From NCBI GenBank assembly GCA_016287865.1, contig JAEEXP010000001.1:14503-78502 (forward strand): a DNA stretch of 64,000 bases, in the 5' to 3' direction. Position numbers and translations under genes: made by a program. The first letter of the stretch is position 1, and each line of letters begins with the position of its first letter. Positions 9,016 through 18,752 of this stretch are shown here, one piece after another. The notes beneath the pieces were generated by a model that saw only the letters and a list, made by a program, of their open reading frames with translations, did no database searches and was not told the origin of the DNA. This stretch comes from Bacillales bacterium (GTDB lineage: Bacteria > Bacillota_I > Bacilli_A > Izemoplasmatales > UBA1188).

Positions 9016-11038
9016 CTTGTTTTGGTTCTTCTTGAGGTTGTTCTTTAACCTCAGTTTCTTCAACTTTAGGTTCTTCAACCTTAGCTTCGGTACCTAAATC
9101 TTTTAATGATTTATCTTTTAAATCATCAACTCTTTTGAGTTTACCAGTAGCCATGATTTCTTCAATATCTGGTTTTTCAATGGTTTCAACAAGAAGAAGA
9201 TAATGAGCAATAGCTTTAAGTTTATCCATATTTTCAGTTAAAACTTGTGCAGCTCTCTTATGACAATCTTCAATGATTGTTCTGATTTCTTCATCAATTT
9301 CATGAGCAACTTTATCACTGAAGTTCTTACCAGTTGAATAATCTCTACCTAAGTATTGATAACCAGTGTTTTCTTCATAGGCAATTGGGCCTAATTTACT
9401 CATACCCCATTCAGTTACCATTGCACGAGCAATCTTAGTAGCTTGAGTCATATCGTTAGAAGCACCAGTAGTGATTTCACCATAGATTAATTCTTCAGCA
9501 GTTCTACCACCAAGAAGACCAGTGATTTGTTCCATTAATTGAGTTTTAGTGTGAAGATATATTTCTTCCTCTTTAGGACCCATAAGGTTATAGCCTCCGG
9601 CTTCACCTCTTGGGATAATAGTTACTTTTTGAACAACTTGAGCATTAGAGAGGATTGAACCAATTACGCAGTGACCAGCTTCGTGGTGAGCTACGATTTC
9701 TTTTTCTCTCTTGCTCATTACTCTACTCTTCTTAGCAGGACCCATCATAACTCTATCAATAGCTTCGCTTAAGATATCATTTGTGATTAATGGTTGTCCC
9801 TTTCTTGCGGCAAGAAGAGCACCTTCATTCATTACGTTTTCAAGATCAGCACCAGTAAATCCTGGAGTCTCATGTGCAACTTGTGCGAAATCTACATCTG
9901 GACTAACTTTCTTATTACGAGCGTGAACTCTTAAGATTGCCTCTCTTTCTTTAACGTCTGGGTTACCAATATTGATTTGTCTATCAAATCTACCAGGTCT
10001 AAGTAATGCGGGGTCTAGGATATCAGGTCTATTAGTTGCGGCCATAACGATGACAGATGTTTCTTTTGTGAAACCATCCATTTCAACAAGAAGTTGGTTT
10101 AGAGTTTGTTCTCTTTCATCATTTCCTCCACCAAGACCAGCACCTCTTTGTCTACCCACAGCATCTATTTCATCCATAAATAGAATTGCAGGAGCGTTTT
10201 TCTTAGCAGTTTTAAACATATCTCTAACACGGCTTGCACCAACACCGACAAACATTTCTACTAAATCAGAACCAGTAGTGAAGTAGAATGGAACTCCAGC
10301 TTCACCAGCAACAGCTCTTGCTAGTAATGTTTTACCAGTACCAGGTTTACCATAAAGAAGAATTCCTTTAGGTACTCTTGCGCCCATGTCTTGATATTTC
10401 TTAGGATTCTTTAAGAAGTCTACAACTTCTTTAAGTTCTTCCTTTTCTTCTTCAAGTCCAGCTACATCTTTGAAAGTAGTAGTAGATTGTTTATTAAGTT
10501 TAGCTCTTGATTTAGTAAATTCAAGAGTAGAAGACATTCCGTTTGCACTATTAGCTGCGCTAATTGATCTTACAAGTATTACTACTATGAAGATAATTCC
10601 ACCAAACATTAATACATAATAGAGAATATTCCATACATTTACTGTAGAACCAGGTTGATATGATACAGAATAATCGGTTCCAGCGATTTGTGATTGGAAT
10701 GATGCCCATTGTTCAGTGGTTGCGAAGAAGTAGACAGTTGCTTTCTTGTTTGTTGTTGTATCTTTTCCAGTTACATATACAACATAACTTCCTTGAACTG
10801 CACTATCTTTAGCTGGAGTAACTATAATTGATACTCCACCATCTTGATACGCATCTTTTCTACCTACATATTCAGCTACAGCTTTTGAATATGAGATTTC
10901 ATTTTTATTGTTATTACAACCTCTTAAAGAATATACCATCGCAACTATAAAGAGCGCTGCGATAATTAATATTCCAATATTGGCCCAGTTAAAACCACTT
11001 CTTTTAGGTTGTTGTTGTTGATTATTGTTTTCACTCAT
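9002..11038 (-). CDS. ftsH: ATP-dependent zinc metalloprotease FtsH
   Basis: 678 aa. Two TM segments, Walker A GKPGTGKTLLA, Walker B LFMDEIDAV and the zinc motif HEAGH. Confidence 0.95.
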   Translation of the reverse strand: MSENNNQQQQPKRSGFNWANIGILIIAALFIVAMVYSLRGCNNNKNEISYSKAVAEYVGRKDAYQDGGVSIIVTPAKDSAVQGSYVVYVTGKDTTTNKKATVYFFATTEQWASFQSQIAGTDYSVSYQPGSTVNVWNILYYVLMFGGIIFIVVILVRSISAANSANGMSSTLEFTKSRAKLNKQSTTTFKDVAGLEEEKEELKEVVDFLKNPKKYQDMGARVPKGILLYGKPGTGKTLLARAVAGEAGVPFYFTTGSDLVEMFVGVGASRVRDMFKTAKKNAPAILFMDEIDAVGRQRGAGLGGGNDEREQTLNQLLVEMDGFTKETSVIVMAATNRPDILDPALLRPGRFDRQINIGNPDVKEREAILRVHARNKKVSPDVDFAQVAHETPGFTGADLENVMNEGALLAARKGQPLITNDILSEAIDRVMMGPAKKSRVMSKREKEIVAHHEAGHCVIGSILSNAQVVQKVTIIPRGEAGGYNLMGPKEEEIYLHTKTQLMEQITGLLGGRTAEELIYGEITTGASNDMTQATKIARAMVTEWGMSKLGPIAYEENTGYQYLGRDYSTGKNFSDKVAHEIDEEIRTIIEDCHKRAAQVLTENMDKLKAIAHYLLLVETIEKPDIEEIMATGKLKRVDDLKDKSLKDLGTEAKVEEPKVEETEVKEQPQEEPKQDETR

Positions 11039-11046
11039 TTTATCAC

Positions 11047-11598
11047 CTACTTATAAAGTTCATCCTTAAGTGCTGCTATATAAGGAAGATTTCTATAATA
11101 TCCATTATAATCAAGGCCATAACCAAATACATATTCATTTGGAACTTCAAAACAAACATAGTCTGCTTCGAATGCAACCTTTCTTGTACCTACCTTACTA
11201 GCTAGAACACAAGTAGTTACTTTCTTCGCACCTTTATCATATAAATATTTAGATAGTTCTTTTAATGTAAGACCTGTATCAATAATATCATCTACAAGAA
11301 TTACATGTTTACCTTCTATACTTTCTTTTAACTCGCCGATTACTTTAACTTTTCCAGTAGACGCAGTTCCTTCGTAAGAAGAAGCTTGAACATAGTTTAC
11401 TAGTAGTTTTAATTTTAATTCTTTAAGTAAATCAGGTAAGAAAGGTATGCAACCAGTTAATAGTCCAACGACTACTAAATCTTCTCCTTCAAGATCTTTA
11501 GTCATCTTTTTTGCTAATGCCTTAATAGATTTCTTAATCTCTTTTTCGGATACTAGGACTTTCTTAACGGAAGCTTTTAATTCATCATTGAATGTCAT
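11047..11598 (-). CDS. hpt: hypoxanthine phosphoribosyltransferase
   Basis: PRPP-binding motif VILVDDIIDTGLT. Conserved tilS-hpt-ftsH order. The second ATG was chosen because GGAGG lies about 8 nt upstream of it. Confidence 0.9.
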   Translation of the reverse strand: MTFNDELKASVKKVLVSEKEIKKSIKALAKKMTKDLEGEDLVVVGLLTGCIPFLPDLLKELKLKLLVNYVQASSYEGTASTGKVKVIGELKESIEGKHVILVDDIIDTGLTLKELSKYLYDKGAKKVTTCVLASKVGTRKVAFEADYVCFEVPNEYVFGYGLDYNGYYRNLPYIAALKDELYK

Positions 11599-12934
11599 TT
11601 CCATTACCTCCTTCGAGAGTTATATATAATTTGTTTTCTAAAGTGGTGTCGGTTTCTTTTCTAATAAGACCTGGAATAAAGAAGATTCCATCCTTATTTG
11701 AAATAACTAATACATTATCTCTTTCACTTTTAAGAACTTTATTGTCTTTTAAGATTTGAGATACTTTTTTAGTGATTCCATTAACCTTAATTTTGTCACC
11801 ACTTTCCTTATTTTTTACAAAAATAGGAAAAACAGATTTTATATCATTATAACATAACATATATGAGTTTTTGTTAGGAAGAAGGTGATATTTTTGTGAT
11901 ATTTTAAGCGTTCTTCCATCACCTAAATCATAATCACCAAAGTCATTTATCTCAAGAGATATGCTTGTCTTGTCTTCAAGTTTAGTAAAAATGATTTTAT
12001 CGTATTCTAAAAATACTTTAATAGAACTGTTTAATTCGATAGTTTTTCCTGAGACATCTTTTAAACTTAAATTAATAATTTCGCTCATTCTTTCGTGAGT
12101 TAAAATTAGTGAATCAGAAGAAATTATATTCACTGCCTCAACTAAAACCCACTTCTTAATAATCTGTTTTAAGTTATTAAATTCAATTCTATTGATAATA
12201 ATTTTATCGCCAGAGATTTGTGAGAATTTAGCCATAAACTCATCTGATAAATCTTTAATTAATTCAAATGAATCTTCCATATCTTCTTTGTAGTTTGATA
12301 CTTGATTTAAGAAGTTTGGATTAATCTCTTTTGCGACATTTACGAGATTATGTCTAACCACATTTCTTGTGTAGTGATCGGTACTGTTTGATGAGTCTTC
12401 AAAATACTTGATGTGGTTTTCATCGATATAATTTTTAATTTCATTTTTAGAAACACTAAGGAGAGGCCTAATGATTTGATAGTTATCTAACTTGCTTATA
12501 TATTTGATTCCTGAGTATCCTCTTAAAGATGTGCCTCTAATGAGTCTCATAAGAACTGTCTCAGCTTCATCATCTGCGTGATGAGCTAGAAGAATCTTGT
12601 TTGTGTGGTATTTATCACATACCTCTTTATAGAATTCATATCTTTTATATCTTGCGACTTCTTGGAAGTTTGAATTAATTTCTTCATTTAATTCATATCC
12701 TTCAAATGGGATATTCATCTTTTCACATAAGTCTTTTAAATATGCATATTCAGTATCTGATTCAACCCTTCTCTTATGATTAATGTGAGCTACCACAACT
12801 TTATAATCGTTATTAACTAAAACAAAAAAGAGGGCCATAGAGTCCATTCCAGTTGAAACACCTACAACGAGTGTTTCCTCTTTATTCACATATTTATTTA
12901 GTTTAGATAAGATATCATTAATTCTTTTATCCAT
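11585..12934 (-). CDS. tilS: tRNA(Ile)-lysidine synthase
   Basis: 449 aa. N-terminal PP-loop VGVSTGMDSMAL, plus the substrate-binding and C-terminal TilS domains. Synteny with hpt and ftsH. Confidence 0.88.
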   Translation of the reverse strand: MDKRINDILSKLNKYVNKEETLVVGVSTGMDSMALFFVLVNNDYKVVVAHINHKRRVESDTEYAYLKDLCEKMNIPFEGYELNEEINSNFQEVARYKRYEFYKEVCDKYHTNKILLAHHADDEAETVLMRLIRGTSLRGYSGIKYISKLDNYQIIRPLLSVSKNEIKNYIDENHIKYFEDSSNSTDHYTRNVVRHNLVNVAKEINPNFLNQVSNYKEDMEDSFELIKDLSDEFMAKFSQISGDKIIINRIEFNNLKQIIKKWVLVEAVNIISSDSLILTHERMSEIINLSLKDVSGKTIELNSSIKVFLEYDKIIFTKLEDKTSISLEINDFGDYDLGDGRTLKISQKYHLLPNKNSYMLCYNDIKSVFPIFVKNKESGDKIKVNGITKKVSQILKDNKVLKSERDNVLVISNKDGIFFIPGLIRKETDTTLENKLYITLEGGNGNDIQ

Positions 12935-13002
12935 TTGATTTTATTCTATCACATTTATTATTAATAAATGAAAAATAGGTTATAATAATTAATGGTGAAA
13001 AT

Positions 13003-13569
13003 ATGAAATTAATACTCGCATCTAAATCTCCAAGAAGAATTGAAATAATGAAAGAGTTAGGTTTTGACTTTGAAGTCATCCCATCAAACGCCGATGAATT
13101 CGTTGATTCATATAACTCTAATGAAGATTTAGTAATGGCTCTTGCGAAGAAGAAGGGTGATAGTGTATTTAAAGATCATAGAGATGATTTAATTCTCTCT
13201 TTTGATACATTAGTATTCTTAGGTGATGAAGTATTAGGTAAGCCTCAAAACTATGAAGATTGTGTAAGAATGCTTCAAAGTTTAGAGAATAAGAAACATT
13301 TAGTTATTACTGGTGCTTATATTAAAGCTAAAGATTATGAAGATTTATTCTTTAGTGAATGTTTCGTTCATATTGATCATATAGAATTAAGTGATATTGA
13401 AACTTACGCCAAAACTAATGAACCATATGATAAAGCAGGAGGATACGCTGTTCAAGGTTTTATTGGTAGATATATTGATAGAGTTGATGGAGACTTCTTT
13501 AGTGTAATTGGTCTTCCTAAAGCTTTAGTATATAAAAAGGTTACTGATTATTTAAAGAAAAAATGCTAG
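13003..13569 (+). CDS. maf: Maf-family nucleoside triphosphate pyrophosphatase
   Basis: LILASKSPRR N-terminal signature, GAY..QG motif, 188 aa. Confidence 0.88.
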   Translation: MKLILASKSPRRIEIMKELGFDFEVIPSNADEFVDSYNSNEDLVMALAKKKGDSVFKDHRDDLILSFDTLVFLGDEVLGKPQNYEDCVRMLQSLENKKHLVITGAYIKAKDYEDLFFSECFVHIDHIELSDIETYAKTNEPYDKAGGYAVQGFIGRYIDRVDGDFFSVIGLPKALVYKKVTDYLKKKC

Positions 13570-14711
13570 TAGAATATATTGTTTTAGCTATCTATTTGAT
13601 AGCGCTTGTAGTTAATTTAATAGTAAATAAAAATAAACCAAGTTTAATCAAAGGAATACTTGGTGTTTTGCTTGGACTTACTTATTTACTTTTCTATTAT
13701 ATTGAAATACTTAAACCATATATGTGGGCATTTGATGGATATATTCTCATTTATATGTCTTATATTTTATTAACTTTAATTCCAAAGCGTATCACTAATA
13801 CCATCACTGAATATGATTACGTAGAAGTTGAAAGAGCGTATAGAGGAATCAAAGATGAACATGAAGTATTAAGAGAAAGATTCATCTCTACTATTTCACT
13901 TATTGAAGAAGGCGTAATCTTCTACGAAGATGGATTTAAAGAAGTATTCTTATCAGATAAAGCCCAAGAGATATTTGGTGGAGAAAGAAGCATAAATCTT
14001 AAAGAACACGTATTGTCTATATTTGTTCAAGATAGAAATGATTATATTCAAACTATTGAACACCTATCTAAAAGATATAACGAATATAAAATTAAATATA
14101 GAATTGAAAAGGGTGACCAAAGATTCTGGGTTGAAGAGAGAGGAAACTATATTAATGTTTCAGGTAAGAAAACCGCTATCGCAACTGTGAGAGTTTTAGA
14201 ACCGATGGTATTTACTGAAACTTCATACTTTGAACTTGATTCAATGTATAAAGTTGATAAGTTATATACCGTAATTTCTCAATATGTGACTAATCATAGA
14301 AAGTTTGGTCTTATGATGTTTGAAATAACTAATATTCCAGAAATCAATAAGAAGTATGGAAGAGAAGTTGGTAGTCTTATGATGAATGACTATATCAAAT
14401 ATATGAAGAGTACATACCAAGAAGAAGCTACTAGAGTATTTAGAGTATCAGGCATTAGATTCGCAATCTTAATTGATGATAAAGATGTGTTTGAAGATTT
14501 TAAGAAGGCTTTAGTTGATTCTAAATCTCTTCTTTATAACTTCAAGATTAAAATCGCTGGAATTAATGATCTTATTAAAGTTAATTTTGGTGTATTAGAT
14601 TATTCACTTGTAAGACAAATTAATTCAAAAGATGTGGTTGATTTAACTGAGAAATCATTAGAAGACGCTATAGATTCTAAGAAGAAAAATTATTCAATAT
14701 TTGGAGAGTAG
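13563..14711 (+). CDS. membrane protein with PAS-like domain and degenerate GGDEF-like domain
   Basis: 2-3 N-terminal TM helices and a PAS-like segment (ISLIEEGVIFYEDGFKEVFLSDKAQEIFG ... RFWVEERG). The C-terminal domain aligns to the GGDEF fold (INKKYGREVGSLMM..., FRVSGIRFAILI), but GG[DE]EF is replaced by SGIRF. Confidence 0.5.
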   Translation: MLVEYIVLAIYLIALVVNLIVNKNKPSLIKGILGVLLGLTYLLFYYIEILKPYMWAFDGYILIYMSYILLTLIPKRITNTITEYDYVEVERAYRGIKDEHEVLRERFISTISLIEEGVIFYEDGFKEVFLSDKAQEIFGGERSINLKEHVLSIFVQDRNDYIQTIEHLSKRYNEYKIKYRIEKGDQRFWVEERGNYINVSGKKTAIATVRVLEPMVFTETSYFELDSMYKVDKLYTVISQYVTNHRKFGLMMFEITNIPEINKKYGREVGSLMMNDYIKYMKSTYQEEATRVFRVSGIRFAILIDDKDVFEDFKKALVDSKSLLYNFKIKIAGINDLIKVNFGVLDYSLVRQINSKDVVDLTEKSLEDAIDSKKKNYSIFGE

Positions 14712-14714
14712 AAT

Positions 14715-15380
14715 ATGAATTATCAAACAATATTATTAGCCGCTGGTGAAGGACAAAGAGCCGCACTAGGTTACAACAAAGTTCTCTATAAGATTAATGG
14801 AAGAAAAGAACTAGTTCTTTATAGTCTTGAATACTTTATTGATGATCCTCTATGTGAAAAGATTGTGCTTGTAATTAATAAAGCTGATCAAAGATATTTT
14901 AAATATCTTGTGACTAACCCTAAAGTAGTATTTACTTTTGGTGGTAAAGAAAGAGGCGAATCAGTTCAAGAAGGATTAAAGTTAATTGATTCTGAATATG
15001 TTATTATTCATGATGCAGCTAGACCTTTAATTTATAAGGAAGACGTATATAATTTATTATCTTTCGCACAAGAAACTGGTGGAGCTACTTTAGCTACTAA
15101 AGTATACAATACGACTTGTCATATTAAAGATGGATTCGTTGATGAATACTTCTCAAGACATACTTTAGCTTCAGTTGTTACTCCACAATGTTTTAAAAAA
15201 GAACTTCTTGTTAAGGCATACCAAGAAAACGTTCAAAAAGATACTTTCACAGATGACTCTTCAATTTTTAATAAATTTATCGGTTCAGTAAAACTTATTT
15301 GGACAGATAATATTTCTATTAAAGCTACTACACCATATGATATTAAGTTATTAGAGGTGATTTTATATGCGCATAGGTAA
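14715..15380 (+). CDS. ispD: 2-C-methyl-D-erythritol 4-phosphate cytidylyltransferase
   Basis: ILLAAGEGQRA N-terminal motif, HDAARP motif, 221 aa. Adjacent to ispF. Confidence 0.88.
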   Translation: MNYQTILLAAGEGQRAALGYNKVLYKINGRKELVLYSLEYFIDDPLCEKIVLVINKADQRYFKYLVTNPKVVFTFGGKERGESVQEGLKLIDSEYVIIHDAARPLIYKEDVYNLLSFAQETGGATLATKVYNTTCHIKDGFVDEYFSRHTLASVVTPQCFKKELLVKAYQENVQKDTFTDDSSIFNKFIGSVKLIWTDNISIKATTPYDIKLLEVILYAHR

Positions 15381-15864
15381 TTCTATTGATTTTCATCCAT
15401 TTAAAGAAGGTAGATTATTAATCTTAGGCGGTGTCACAATCCCGTTTAATAAAGGTCTTGATGGCGTAAGTGATGCGGATTGTCTCTTACACTCTATCGC
15501 AGAAGCAATCCTAGGAGCTTTAGCTTTAGGAGACTTAGGCACATATTTTAAAGAAGAAGACTCTAAAGATATGGATTCTAAGAAGATCCTTATGAAAGTT
15601 AAAGATATGATGGCTGAAAGAAACTATAAGGTAGGTAACGTTGATTCAATGATTTTAATTGAAGAACCAAAGTTAGCTCCATATATTCCAATGATGAGAG
15701 AGGTCATCGCATCAATTCTTGATATTGATAAATCGTCAGTATCAGTAAAAGCTACTACAATGGAAAAATGTGGAATAATTGGAAAAGGAGAAGGTTGTCT
15801 TTCTATGACAACAGTTCTTCTTGAAGAGGTGTATTATGGTAGAAACAAACAAAGGCTTGTTTGA
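15367..15864 (+). CDS. ispF: 2-C-methyl-D-erythritol 2,4-cyclodiphosphate synthase
   Basis: MRIGNSIDFHPF...GVSDADCLLHSIAEAILGA (zinc-ligand Asp/His motifs) and ATTMEK.G..G.GEG. Confidence 0.9.
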   Translation: MRIGNSIDFHPFKEGRLLILGGVTIPFNKGLDGVSDADCLLHSIAEAILGALALGDLGTYFKEEDSKDMDSKKILMKVKDMMAERNYKVGNVDSMILIEEPKLAPYIPMMREVIASILDIDKSSVSVKATTMEKCGIIGKGEGCLSMTTVLLEEVYYGRNKQRLV

Positions 15865-16117
15865 GATAATTAAAGACGATAAAAAAGCATTCGTAATTAA
15901 CGAATTTGAAGATAAATTCGTTGAATACTTAACTAAGTATGAGTATATCGTTGGAGATTATTCAAATAATATATTAAGATTAAAAGGGTTTGATAAAAAG
16001 AACGCAAAGTTCATTCCAGATTATATTAATGAGTTCTGCGCTCTAGATCAACAATACTATATTTTAAGGAATCCTAATTTTAATAAGGATTATAAGGACG
16101 AAGAAGATGAGCTATAA
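15836..16117 (+). CDS. YutD-like protein (DUF1027)
   Basis: KYEYIVGDYSNNILRLKGF matches the YutD signature (YDYIVGDWGY.QLRL.GF). GAGGTG RBS lies 6 nt before the ATG at 15836. Overlaps the ispF 3' end. Confidence 0.65.
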   Translation: MVETNKGLFEIIKDDKKAFVINEFEDKFVEYLTKYEYIVGDYSNNILRLKGFDKKNAKFIPDYINEFCALDQQYYILRNPNFNKDYKDEEDEL

Positions 16118-16394
16118 TGACGATGTTGAAATGCAAATTATTCAAGTTTTAGATAAGATTAGACCATTCATTCAAAGAGATGGTGGTGACTGTAAGCTTG
16201 AAAAGTATGAAGATGGTGTTGTATACATCAAGTTCTATGGTGCTTGTGTAGGATGTTCTATCATTGACACAACACTCTATGATGGAATTGAATCTATTTT
16301 AAAAGAAGAAATTCCTGAAGTAGTTAAAGTAGTAAATGTTGATAGTCTAGAGGGTGGCTATGATGACCCTTATAAACAAATAGAGGAAAATTAA
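16107..16394 (+). CDS. nfu: NifU C-terminal-domain (Nfu/YutI-type) Fe-S carrier
   Basis: VLDKIRPFIQRDGGDCKLEKYEDGVVYIKFYGACVGCS matches B. subtilis YutI (VLDKLRPFLLRDGGDCELV...LLGACGSC). Confidence 0.85.
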   Translation: MSYNDDVEMQIIQVLDKIRPFIQRDGGDCKLEKYEDGVVYIKFYGACVGCSIIDTTLYDGIESILKEEIPEVVKVVNVDSLEGGYDDPYKQIEEN

Positions 16395-16395
16395 T

Positions 16396-17691
16396 ATGAA
16401 GGGAAATTTAAAATTAGATGCATCACTCGCTTATAAGTATTTAAGTGAAGATGAATTAGCTAAGGCAAGAGAAGACGCCAAAGAAGGTCTTAAAACTTTA
16501 CTTAATAAAACAGGAGAAGGTAATGACTTCTTAGGATGGGTAGATTATCCAGTTACTTATGATAAAGAAGAATTATCTAGAATTAAGAAAGCTGCATCAA
16601 CTATTACAATGAATAGTGATGTACTAGTAGTTATTGGTATTGGTGGATCATATCTCGGTGCCCAAGCTACTATTGATGCATTAACTCCTTACTTTGAACA
16701 AAAAGGTTTAGAAGTAATCTTCGCAGGTAATAGTGTTTCATCTACTTATCTCTCACAACTTAGAGATTATTTATGGGATAAAGATTTCTCTTTAAACGTA
16801 GTTTCAAAGAGTGGTACAACTACTGAACCAGCTATCGCATTCAGAGTACTCTTTGAACTCTTAAAGAAGAAATACATGAAGGAAGAATTAAAGGAACACG
16901 TATTCTTAACTACTGATAGAGCTAAAGGCGCTCTTCATGAAATTGGTGTAAAGAATGATTTCGAAATGTTTGTAGTTCCTGATGATATGGGCGGACGTTA
17001 TAGTGTCTTATCAGCTGTAGGACTACTTCCTATTGCTTGTGCTGGGTTTGATGTTGATAAGATGATCAAAGGTGCAAAGGATGCTATGGAAGATGCAAAA
17101 GAAGAAAATAGTGAAGCTCTTGAATATGCTGCACTAAGAAACGCTCTTTTAAGAAAAGAATTCAATATTGAAATCTTAGAATCTTATGAACCATCTTTAT
17201 CATTCTTAATTGAGTGGTGGAAACAACTTTATGGTGAATCAGAAGGTAAAGGTAATAAAGGTATCTTCCCTGCTGGATGTATCTTCACTCGTGACCTCCA
17301 CTCTATGGGTCAATATATTCAAGAAGGAAGAAGAAACCTATTTGAAACAGTTTTAGATATTAGAAATCCTAAGACTGATTTAGATGTTCCATTCGATAAA
17401 GAAAACCTTGATGGACTTAACTACTTAGTTGGAAAGAATGTTAACGATGTTAATAGTGTTGCACTTCTTGCTACTATGAAAGCTCATGATGAAGGTGGAG
17501 TTCCAGGAATCAAATTATCTATTGATGAAATAGACGAATATAACCTTGGTTATTTATTCTATTTCTTCGAAATTGCTTGTGGAATTTCAGGATACACTTT
17601 AGGTGTTAACCCATTCAATCAACCAGGCGTTGAAGCTTATAAAAAGAATATGTTTGAAATGCTTGGAAAACCTGGATATACAAAAAAGTAA
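16396..17691 (+). CDS. pgi: glucose-6-phosphate isomerase
   Basis: 431 aa, short Firmicute-type PGI. Motifs GIGGSYLGA, SKSGTTTEP, GGRYSVLS and ESEGK. Confidence 0.92.
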   Translation: MKGNLKLDASLAYKYLSEDELAKAREDAKEGLKTLLNKTGEGNDFLGWVDYPVTYDKEELSRIKKAASTITMNSDVLVVIGIGGSYLGAQATIDALTPYFEQKGLEVIFAGNSVSSTYLSQLRDYLWDKDFSLNVVSKSGTTTEPAIAFRVLFELLKKKYMKEELKEHVFLTTDRAKGALHEIGVKNDFEMFVVPDDMGGRYSVLSAVGLLPIACAGFDVDKMIKGAKDAMEDAKEENSEALEYAALRNALLRKEFNIEILESYEPSLSFLIEWWKQLYGESEGKGNKGIFPAGCIFTRDLHSMGQYIQEGRRNLFETVLDIRNPKTDLDVPFDKENLDGLNYLVGKNVNDVNSVALLATMKAHDEGGVPGIKLSIDEIDEYNLGYLFYFFEIACGISGYTLGVNPFNQPGVEAYKKNMFEMLGKPGYTKK

Positions 17692-17701
17692 AATATAAAT
17701 A

Positions 17702-17730
17702 GAAAGGCGCAGTACCGCGCTTTTCTTTTA
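17702..17730 (+). terminator. rho-independent terminator after pgi
   Basis: GAAAGGCGC-AGTACC-GCGCTTTTC hairpin plus T-rich tail. Confidence 0.75.
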
Positions 17731-17746
17731 ATAATAAGGAGGTAGT

Positions 17747-18751
17747 ATGATCAATTTAAAGAATGATTATAATACAATCGGAAGTAAAGAAATATTAGAT
17801 GAATTAATCAAATATAGTAATGATAAATTTGTGGGATATGGAGAAGACACTAAGACTAAAGAACTAAATTCTTTAGTTAGAAGTCTCACAGAAAAAGAAG
17901 TAGATACTTATGTTTTATCTGGAGGCACCATTACTAATATAATTGGTTTATCTCAAATCCTTAAAAACCCTTATGAAGCAGTTATCACAGTTGAAACATC
18001 TCATATAAATGTTCATGAGACTGGCGCAATTGAATCATCTGGTCATAAGATTATATTTACCAAAGCTATAGGCGGAAAGATTGATCCAAACGGAATTGAG
18101 GCTACTTATAATAAGTTCACTGATAATCATATGGTTATGCCTAAGGCGCTATATTTATCTAATGCGACAGAACTTGGTGAAGTCTATACTCTTGATGAAT
18201 TAAAAGAATTATATAGAATCGCCAAGAAGTTAAATCTTTATTTATTTATTGATGGCGCAAGACTTCCTCAAGCTTTAGCCTCTTCAAAATACACTTTAAA
18301 AGATATAGCAAGTGTTTGTGATATGTTCTATGTTGGTGGAACCAAACTAGGACTTCCTTATGGAGAACTACTCGTTATCGTTAATGATGAACTAAAAGTT
18401 AACTTCAAATATATTTTAAAGAATAAACTAGGTTTACTCTCTAAAGGATTTGTGGGAGCTATTATGTTTAATAGATTCTTAAGAGATGATTATTATTTAA
18501 CTCTTGCGTCTCATTCTATAGAGATGGCTAATCTTTTAAGAGAAGAATTGAAAGAATATTTAGTATATCCAAACACAACTAATCAAGTATTTATTAAATT
18601 AGATAATAATAAAGTAAATAATATATCTAAATATATAGAGTTCGAAGTATGGGAATTGCTAAATGATTCAGCTATAATAAGATTAGTGACAGCATATAAT
18701 ACTAAAAAAGAAGATGTATTAGACGCAATAAAGATTATTAAGGAGAGTTAA
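17747..18751 (+). CDS. ltaE: low-specificity threonine aldolase / beta-eliminating lyase family PLP enzyme
   Basis: 334 aa. YGED...EL, SGGT..N, SHI..HE.GA and GGTK.G (PLP lysine) motifs in threonine-aldolase order. Confidence 0.7.
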   Translation: MINLKNDYNTIGSKEILDELIKYSNDKFVGYGEDTKTKELNSLVRSLTEKEVDTYVLSGGTITNIIGLSQILKNPYEAVITVETSHINVHETGAIESSGHKIIFTKAIGGKIDPNGIEATYNKFTDNHMVMPKALYLSNATELGEVYTLDELKELYRIAKKLNLYLFIDGARLPQALASSKYTLKDIASVCDMFYVGGTKLGLPYGELLVIVNDELKVNFKYILKNKLGLLSKGFVGAIMFNRFLRDDYYLTLASHSIEMANLLREELKEYLVYPNTTNQVFIKLDNNKVNNISKYIEFEVWELLNDSAIIRLVTAYNTKKEDVLDAIKIIKES

Positions 18752-18752
18752 C

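Noticed and set aside
9016-9078. N-terminal extension of the S4-domain ORF (ORF-track start at 9078)
   Set aside because: The extension lies inside the ftsH coding region. The homologous YabO/RqcP sequence begins exactly at the internal MRLDKYL.
9711-10286. Two plus-strand ORFs (71 and 104 aa) within ftsH, and similar ORFs at 6244-6528 and 6666-6911 within lysS
   Set aside because: These are antisense shadows of highly conserved genes, with no start context or recognisable domain.
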